Source of the DNA: Candidatus Omnitrophota bacterium
GTDB taxonomy: Bacteria > Omnitrophota > Gorgyraeia > Gygaellales > Profunditerraquicolaceae
Direction: 5' to 3'
NCBI GenBank assembly: GCA_016208765.1
Contig: JACQXK010000085.1
Span: forward strand, 4,814 to 68,813
DNA: 64,000 nt
Shown in pieces: positions 57,851 through 64,000 of this stretch. The translations under genes were made by a program, and so were the position numbers. The notes beneath the pieces were generated by a model. That model saw only the letters and a program-made list of their open reading frames with translations, was not told where the DNA came from and made no database searches. The first letter of the stretch is position 1, and each line of letters starts with the position of its first letter.

Positions 57851-60117
57851 TGGCTGGAAGCTTAGGTGAATTAGTTGTTTCAGTAACTACAAATTTAACT
57901 AACCTCAATGCCGGTCTAAAGAAGGCTGAGGAGTCAGTTAGGAATACCACCGGCAAGATTACCGATTATACTAACAAAATCGGCGTTGCTATGACTGCCG
58001 CTGGTGCCGTTATCACCGGCGCCTTTGCGTTGATGATTAAGTCAACTACTGACTATGCTGATCAGATTTACGATGTCAGCCAGCGCACCGGTCTTGCTGT
58101 TGAGGCCTTAAGCGAGCTTAAGTATGTGGCAGAGCAGACAGAATCTTCATTTGAGGCCGTTGCTAATGGTATTAAATTCTTAAGCAAGAATATATATGAG
58201 GCTACTAACGGTAACAAACAGGCAAACGATACTTTTAGAACGCTTGGCATATCTCTGAGAGACGAGGTTACGGGTAGTGTTCTTACTGCAGATCAGGCAT
58301 TTCTTAAGATTGCAGATAGGTTTAAGGATCTTAAAGACAATACAGCTAAAACAGCTCTTTCAATGGAGTTGTTTGGCAGGCAAGGATCAGCGCTTATTCC
58401 TGTCTTAAATCTCGGCTCAGAGGGAATCCAGAGATTATCTCAAGAGGCAAAGAAGCTCGGGTTAGTGTTAACTACCGAAAACGCTAAAGCGATAGATGAG
58501 TTTAGCGATAAGTCAAAATCGCTTCAAGGAGCGTTAAGTGGATTGTGGCTTAATATTAGTCTTTTGGTCATTCCTGCATTAGAGAAACTCATTAAGTTTG
58601 CAACAGATGTGGCTATAAAATTGCGCGAGTGGTCAGAGAAACATCCGGTGTTAAGCAAATTCCTTGCTGAGACAACGCTTGCAATTGGGGCGCTGTTTGT
58701 TGTTCTTGGGCCTTTGATACTGATATTTAATCAGGTATTTATAGCTGTTACAAATATAGCTGTTTTTCTTCCTATTCTAATAGCAGGAGTTAAGGCTTTG
58801 GCTGCAGCGTTTATGTTTCTTGTTACTACTCCGGTCGGGCTTACTATTACCGGAATAGCTCTGGCCATAGGATTGCTGGCTAAGGCATGGAGTGATAATT
58901 GGGGAAATATTAGAGAAGTAACAAAGAACGCTATTGATAGTATGATTGGGTGGCTTAAAGAGCTTATCAATGTTACAAATGAGGCGGTCAACATATTAAC
59001 TTTCGGACTTTTTAAGAATAAAGAGACATCCTTTGGCGGAGGAGCAACACAGGGAACAGGAGCCGGGGGGAGTTTTGCCGAGGAAACGCCAAGCGTAAAA
59101 GTAACTGAGCAAGATAAGTCAGCATTAGATGAGACTGTTAACAAGGTTGCTGATTTATCACAGAAGTTAAAAGAGGTTAATGAGGAATATCTTACTGGTA
59201 AGATTAATGTTGAGGAGTATTACAATTCTGTTATTGAGCTGCATAGTCAAGGATTAGATATCAAGCAACAGGAATTGGATTTGTTGCAACAGTTAATTGA
59301 TATGGAGTATCTTGCTACGGATGCAGAGTATCAAAAAATTTATGTGATGCAGCAGGGCATACAATCTGTGCGCGAGTATTATCAGGTCGAGGCAGAGCTT
59401 GCAAATCAGGATCTTGTCAACCAGCAAAGCAGATTAAACTCCGCCACAGGACTCCTTCAGACCATGCAGTCAATGCACAAGACTGTCTGGGGAAGTGTCT
59501 TTGATTTTATGAATATGGGTCTGCAGAAATTCTCATCTGGGTTCTCTACCGCTATTTCAAGCATAATATTAGGCACAAAATCAGCTTCTGAGGCGTTTAA
59601 GGAATTCGGCATGGCAATGGTTACGGCCATTGTTGAGTTCGTGGTGCAGTATGCTGTGCAGGCGGCACTTGCGTTGGTGCTGGGTAGTTTGATAGCGAAG
59701 TTTGTAGATGGGATTGCTGGTGAAATAGCTGCAGCATGGTTGCCGGGAGCTATATTAGCAAGTATCGCTACTTTTGGCGGCGCAGCTGCCGCTGGAACAG
59801 CTGCGGTTGCCAGTGGTTTAGGTACTGGTATTGGAATGCTGACAGCTATGAAGGGCGTAGGGGATGTGACTGGGGGTGGGGGTGGTGCCGTAACGCTGGG
59901 GGAAGGTGGAATTGTGACGCGTCCGACTTTTGCATTAGTAGGTGAGTCAGGCCCGGAGGCAGTCATTCCTTTGGATAGGGCCCAAGGAAGTACTGGGAAT
60001 AATGTCAGTATAACGATCAATAACCCCGTGGTTAGGGAAGAATCTGATATACAGAAAATAGCGGAAGCTGTAAGTGAGATATTTAGCGACGAAGCAGACA
60101 GGATAAGACATGGCTAA
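57850..60117 (+). CDS. Tail tape measure protein
   Basis: 755 aa, N-terminal coiled coils, central hydrophobic/Gly-rich segments, typical location. Confidence 0.8.
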   Translation: MAGSLGELVVSVTTNLTNLNAGLKKAEESVRNTTGKITDYTNKIGVAMTAAGAVITGAFALMIKSTTDYADQIYDVSQRTGLAVEALSELKYVAEQTESSFEAVANGIKFLSKNIYEATNGNKQANDTFRTLGISLRDEVTGSVLTADQAFLKIADRFKDLKDNTAKTALSMELFGRQGSALIPVLNLGSEGIQRLSQEAKKLGLVLTTENAKAIDEFSDKSKSLQGALSGLWLNISLLVIPALEKLIKFATDVAIKLREWSEKHPVLSKFLAETTLAIGALFVVLGPLILIFNQVFIAVTNIAVFLPILIAGVKALAAAFMFLVTTPVGLTITGIALAIGLLAKAWSDNWGNIREVTKNAIDSMIGWLKELINVTNEAVNILTFGLFKNKETSFGGGATQGTGAGGSFAEETPSVKVTEQDKSALDETVNKVADLSQKLKEVNEEYLTGKINVEEYYNSVIELHSQGLDIKQQELDLLQQLIDMEYLATDAEYQKIYVMQQGIQSVREYYQVEAELANQDLVNQQSRLNSATGLLQTMQSMHKTVWGSVFDFMNMGLQKFSSGFSTAISSIILGTKSASEAFKEFGMAMVTAIVEFVVQYAVQAALALVLGSLIAKFVDGIAGEIAAAWLPGAILASIATFGGAAAAGTAAVASGLGTGIGMLTAMKGVGDVTGGGGGAVTLGEGGIVTRPTFALVGESGPEAVIPLDRAQGSTGNNVSITINNPVVREESDIQKIAEAVSEIFSDEADRIRHG

Positions 60118-60868
60118 CGAAATACAAATAAGGTTTAATTCATTTGCTCTTGAAACAAATATGACTGTCGAGAGTATTTCAGAGAGCGAAGAAAAATCTG
60201 TAAAGATAACCGATATCCCAAAGACAGATGGTTCAGTTGCTGAAATAGGAAAAAGAAAAAGTCTTACTATAACTATAAAAGGTAAAGTTTATGCCAGTGA
60301 TTACGATGATTTACGTACTAATATTGATAATCTGAAGGCTGCGTTGCATGGTGGGATACAAAAATTTACAAAGGACGATGACCGCTTTGTAATGGCGCAG
60401 TTAAAAAGTTTTAAACCTGAGGTTGAGGACAGGGGCGAAATGAGGTGTGTGGGAAGATATAGTGCGTCTTTTATGGCTCATTATCCTTTTTGGCAGAGCG
60501 AGACGTTACATACGGATACGCAACAACCGACAAGTGGGGCAGGATATACAATCAGCAACTTAGGAAATGCTCCTGCTCGTTTGAAAGCCGAATTGTATGC
60601 CGGAGCGACAATAAGTGACAATCTGCAGATAGAAAATACAACAAGAGGAGAATTACTTAAATTCAGGGGCATAGTGGTTAAAGGTGCAACAATTGAAATA
60701 GATAATCGTTTTGATACGGATGAGTTTGAGGTTTTAAATAACGCGGTTGATGCGATGACACAGTTTGAGGGCGACTTTTTGAATTTATCCTCAGGGAATA
60801 ATCTCATTGAATATACGGGAGTTGCCGGGGCGACAGTGAAACTTTCTTGGCGTGATTGCTGGTATTAA
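60110..60868 (+). CDS. Distal tail protein (Dit-like) candidate
   Basis: Position right after tape measure. Confidence 0.4.
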   Translation: MANEIQIRFNSFALETNMTVESISESEEKSVKITDIPKTDGSVAEIGKRKSLTITIKGKVYASDYDDLRTNIDNLKAALHGGIQKFTKDDDRFVMAQLKSFKPEVEDRGEMRCVGRYSASFMAHYPFWQSETLHTDTQQPTSGAGYTISNLGNAPARLKAELYAGATISDNLQIENTTRGELLKFRGIVVKGATIEIDNRFDTDEFEVLNNAVDAMTQFEGDFLNLSSGNNLIEYTGVAGATVKLSWRDCWY

Positions 60869-62052
60869 TTATGGTAAACGCGAATTTTTACAATATTGAG
60901 CTTAGGGATAAAAACGGATTATTACAGAATTATATTACTCCTTGGTGTTCTGAGCCGAATTGGGAATGGAATAGGATAGGTGGTTGCGGAAATTGCCGGT
61001 TGAAAATTAGAAAGGATTATCGCAATATAAGATTTAATGCCAGAGACGATATTCAGATTCGGATAAGGAGCGGGTCAACGTCTAAATTAGTATATCGGGG
61101 TTGGGTATTAGCTCCAACTCATTCGTTAAAGATTCCAGAAGAAATGTCTATACAGATTAAAGGATATTTTGACCTGCTTGACTATAAAATAGTCCACGAT
61201 GCAGGAGATACCAAGACATATAGCAATATGAGTATATCCGCGATTGTCGAGGATATTATAGATAATTTTGTGGTGGGAAATACTCCTATTACTAAGGGGA
61301 CGATAGACGTTGCAAATTTCTCGGTTGATACAATAGATTTTGATAGGGATACAGTATCTGGAGCCCTTCGGACTTTAGCAGAACTTGAAGGAAACGTCGA
61401 GTATGGCGTGGATGAGAATTTGGTATTTTTTTGGCGTAAAGAAAGCACGACGTTAAAGCATAAATTTTTTGTGGGTTATGATGTAGCTTCCCTTGAACGA
61501 AAAATAGACTGGAGTAAATTAGTAAATAAAGTCTATTTTGAGGGCGGCAAAGTAAATGGCGCGACTTATCTTAAGAGTGCAGGGGCCGATGATAGCCAGA
61601 ATAGGTATTTTTTAGTTGAGGATGTTTTAGTGAATTCTGCTATTACAACCGATAGTGTGGCAAGTCAGTATATAAACTCTACCTTGAAGGAAAAATCAAA
61701 AATAAGTATTATCCTCAGGGCAAAAATACCCAATACATCCTTAAGGCTTGAGGATTCTATTCCTTTGGGCAGAATTGCTATTTATGACAAGGATTATGAT
61801 CAAAGCCTATATAAATGGGGCAAGACAGCCTCCGGTGGCGATAATCTCATTTGGGGAAGGGGTATTTATAGCGGATCAGATGCAATCTGGGGCGCGTTAT
61901 TTAAGGATCAGGTTGATAAGATTAGTTACAGTCTTTCGGAAACTGAAGACAAGTTCAATTTGGAATTAACCACCGGAGGAAGTTTGCTTAATACCGCAGC
62001 AAGAATAAAACAATTAGAGCTTATTACTAATAATTTGAGGCAAAGGAGTTAA
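60856..62052 (+). CDS. Tail/baseplate hub protein candidate
   Basis: Position. Confidence 0.35.
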   Translation: MLVLIMVNANFYNIELRDKNGLLQNYITPWCSEPNWEWNRIGGCGNCRLKIRKDYRNIRFNARDDIQIRIRSGSTSKLVYRGWVLAPTHSLKIPEEMSIQIKGYFDLLDYKIVHDAGDTKTYSNMSISAIVEDIIDNFVVGNTPITKGTIDVANFSVDTIDFDRDTVSGALRTLAELEGNVEYGVDENLVFFWRKESTTLKHKFFVGYDVASLERKIDWSKLVNKVYFEGGKVNGATYLKSAGADDSQNRYFLVEDVLVNSAITTDSVASQYINSTLKEKSKISIILRAKIPNTSLRLEDSIPLGRIAIYDKDYDQSLYKWGKTASGGDNLIWGRGIYSGSDAIWGALFKDQVDKISYSLSETEDKFNLELTTGGSLLNTAARIKQLELITNNLRQRS

Positions 62053-62053
62053 C

Positions 62054-62974
62054 ATGTCATATCCAAATGATAGCGGGATTATTTCTGATTTAACTGATGG
62101 CGTAGATTATATAGAGGCAGCCAATGTTAATACCGTCAAAGATGAACTCCAAAATGTAAAGATTTTATTGGGAACACCTGGCGCGGCGCAATCTCACCTT
62201 GCTTCTTTATTAGACATGATTGCGGACAATTATACTGGCTGGCGGGTTTACAAGAAAGATGATGATGAAATCTATGTTTCTGTTGGTGCAGGAATTATAT
62301 CTAATGCCGCAGGATCAGTAAGAAAGTTAAGGAAATCTACATCAGTTACAACTCTTTCGGCATCAAATTTGGACACAGGTTCTTTTGCCGATGATACATA
62401 TTATTATATTTATACCGTAGCTGATGCTGTTGGAACAGTCCCGGTATTTATTATATCAGCATCAGCATCGTCACCTACTGGATATACTCATTATCGTAAA
62501 ATAGGTTGGTTTTATAATGAAAGTGCTGCTGCACTCGATATCACAAGTGCACAGTTAGGTAATATTAAGGATATCGGAGAAAATCCAAACAGCGTTTCAA
62601 AAACCGGCACAGATGACATAACAACTACATCTGGAAGCTATGTTGATATGACTGATATGACAATTAAATTTGTATCAAATGGTAGACCGGTTAGGATAAC
62701 TTTCAATGCTCCGATATATTTTAATGCTTTATCCAGCAATCAAATTTACATAAATTTAGAAATAGATAGCACCAGCAAGATATCGAGGACTTATGAATTT
62801 GCTGTTGATAATAGTGAAGAATTTGGAAAAATGTCGGCACTTATTGATTGGCTGGAAAGCTTATCAGCAGGAGAGCATACAATAAAAATTCAATGGAAAG
62901 TTGATGCAGGAGTTACGGCTGCACAACAAGGTTCTACTGATGGAGCAAGGGTTTTAATTGTAGAGGAGGCATAG
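62054..62974 (+). CDS. Tail fibre/receptor-binding protein candidate
   Basis: Thr/Ser-rich beta-type sequence, position. Confidence 0.35.
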   Translation: MSYPNDSGIISDLTDGVDYIEAANVNTVKDELQNVKILLGTPGAAQSHLASLLDMIADNYTGWRVYKKDDDEIYVSVGAGIISNAAGSVRKLRKSTSVTTLSASNLDTGSFADDTYYYIYTVADAVGTVPVFIISASASSPTGYTHYRKIGWFYNESAAALDITSAQLGNIKDIGENPNSVSKTGTDDITTTSGSYVDMTDMTIKFVSNGRPVRITFNAPIYFNALSSNQIYINLEIDSTSKISRTYEFAVDNSEEFGKMSALIDWLESLSAGEHTIKIQWKVDAGVTAAQQGSTDGARVLIVEEA

Positions 62975-62976
62975 CT

Positions 62977-63258
62977 ATGAAGTTAACAAAAGAGCAGTTT
63001 AAAGATATAGGATTGATAGATGCAGGATTACGTAAAAAATATCCTGCCTTTCAAGGATTTAATGGTTCGGCAGATGATATGCAGGTTATTGGTGTTGATG
63101 AGAACATTATTTTAGAGGCAATTAGTAATATTGATATCAGTAAAATCAAGTATGAAAATAATGCACGCAAAGAATCAGCTGTTGCAAAGACTATAAATAA
63201 ATTAAAAAGCCTCGGATTAGATGATGAAGATATAAAATTATTGGGGATAAAAACATGA
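62977..63258 (+). CDS. Small tail-fibre-associated protein
   Basis: ORF only. Confidence 0.3.
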   Translation: MKLTKEQFKDIGLIDAGLRKKYPAFQGFNGSADDMQVIGVDENIILEAISNIDISKIKYENNARKESAVAKTINKLKSLGLDDEDIKLLGIKT

Positions 63259-64000
63259 AAATTTTTTACCTTAAAATAACAGTTTTTCTGTTGATGATGT
63301 TTTTAGCAACGAATCTTCTTGCTGATTCTACACCGGTTTATGACCAAGCCTCGGACATAGAAACTAATACATCAGGTTTTAGCGGCAATCTTTCTTCTGC
63401 CGACACAACGGTACAGAAAGCCCTTGACACAATAGATGATTTAACATTAACTTCATCGCTATCAGCATTAGCAGATGTTACTATCACTTCAATATCCAAT
63501 AATCAGTTAATCAAATATAATTCAACGTCTGGTAAATGGGAAAACTGGACGCCAAATTATTTAACTTCGTTCACTGAAACCGATCCGGTCTGGACAGCAG
63601 ATAAACCAAGTTATTCTACTACGGCAAATGCAGACCTTCGTTATCTCAAGCTTGATCAATCAGGCCCTCAAACCCTTACTGGCCTTTCTGATGGGTATCT
63701 AAAGTTAACAAGTGGTGTGCTGGGTTCTGAAGCTATTTTGTGGCAAAAAGTAGGTACAACTCTAAGCCCTACTACTGCTGGGGATAGTTTAGCAATAGAA
63801 GGTGGAATATTGTCCGCTATTTATTCTGATGTGGGTGGAATTGATTCATCTCTTTATGGCGTAGATAATTATGCTGAGAAATCTGAAAGTGGTTCGGTAG
63901 GAGAATTAGTAGGGTTCTTTAATTCTTCTAATATTGCAGCTCTTACAGGAAATACAGTTACTGGTGATACTGTGTATGGAAACCTCAATTATGTGCAAGC
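63255..64000 (+). CDS. Tail fibre protein with signal-peptide-like N-terminus, 3'-truncated by window end
   Basis: ATG 63255 overlapping previous stop (ATGA); open to window end; Thr/Ser/Gly-rich repetitive sequence (ADKPSYSTTANADLRYLKLDQSGPQTLTG) typical of fibres; absent from ORF track because no stop. Confidence 0.5.
   Translation, partial: MKIFYLKITVFLLMMFLATNLLADSTPVYDQASDIETNTSGFSGNLSSADTTVQKALDTIDDLTLTSSLSALADVTITSISNNQLIKYNSTSGKWENWTPNYLTSFTETDPVWTADKPSYSTTANADLRYLKLDQSGPQTLTGLSDGYLKLTSGVLGSEAILWQKVGTTLSPTTAGDSLAIEGGILSAIYSDVGGIDSSLYGVDNYAEKSESGSVGELVGFFNSSNIAALTGNTVTGDTVYGNLNYVQ

Larger units (their letters stand above)
25080..64000. mobile_element. Integrated temperate siphovirus-like prophage at tRNA-Arg; right end beyond window
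   Basis: tRNA fragment + tyrosine integrase + cI/cro switch + replication module + terminase/portal/capsid/tail tape measure/tail fibre genes contiguous to window end. Confidence 0.8.

Noticed and set aside
59457-60020. Minus-strand 187-aa ORF and plus-strand 59736..59945 ORF inside the tape-measure gene
   Set aside because: They are GC/Gly-codon-rich shadow frames of the tape measure gene.

Overview
Low-GC diderm bacterial chromosome segment with strong Shine-Dalgarno sites. Bases 1-25,100 are a plus-strand housekeeping block: a 5'-truncated giant modular protein gene, hisG, a bS22-like mini-ORF, a TPR lipoprotein, split transketolase, ispE, spoVG, tRNA-Gln, glmU, prs, rplY, pth, rpsF-ssb-rpsR-rplI-dnaB, bamA-skp-lpxD-lpxC/fabZ-lpxA-lpxI, a CBM48 protein and a radical-SAM gene. 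At about 25,080 a tRNA-Arg(TCG) gene breaks off after its anticodon arm and abuts a tyrosine integrase. From there to the window end (more than 39 kb) runs a temperate siphovirus-like prophage. It carries integrase, int-proximal cargo, a cI/cro immunity switch with five operator repeats, a replication module (SNF2 helicase, MucR-type zinc-finger protein, VRR-NUC, DnaG-like primase fused to a D5-type helicase, an iteron origin), a phage-encoded ACP, a late regulator, terminase, portal, head genes, tail genes and tail fibres. The most unusual content is a glycan-modification island inside the head/tail morphogenesis module: a secreted protein, a Wzy-like membrane protein, a SAM methyltransferase, a pyruvyl-transferase, a GT4 and a double GT2-TPR protein. 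The second is the giant host protein with a recurring GC-rich ASSAV linker motif and an embedded M48 metalloprotease domain. No rRNA and no CRISPR were seen. Every product call rests on motif recognition by eye without database searches.
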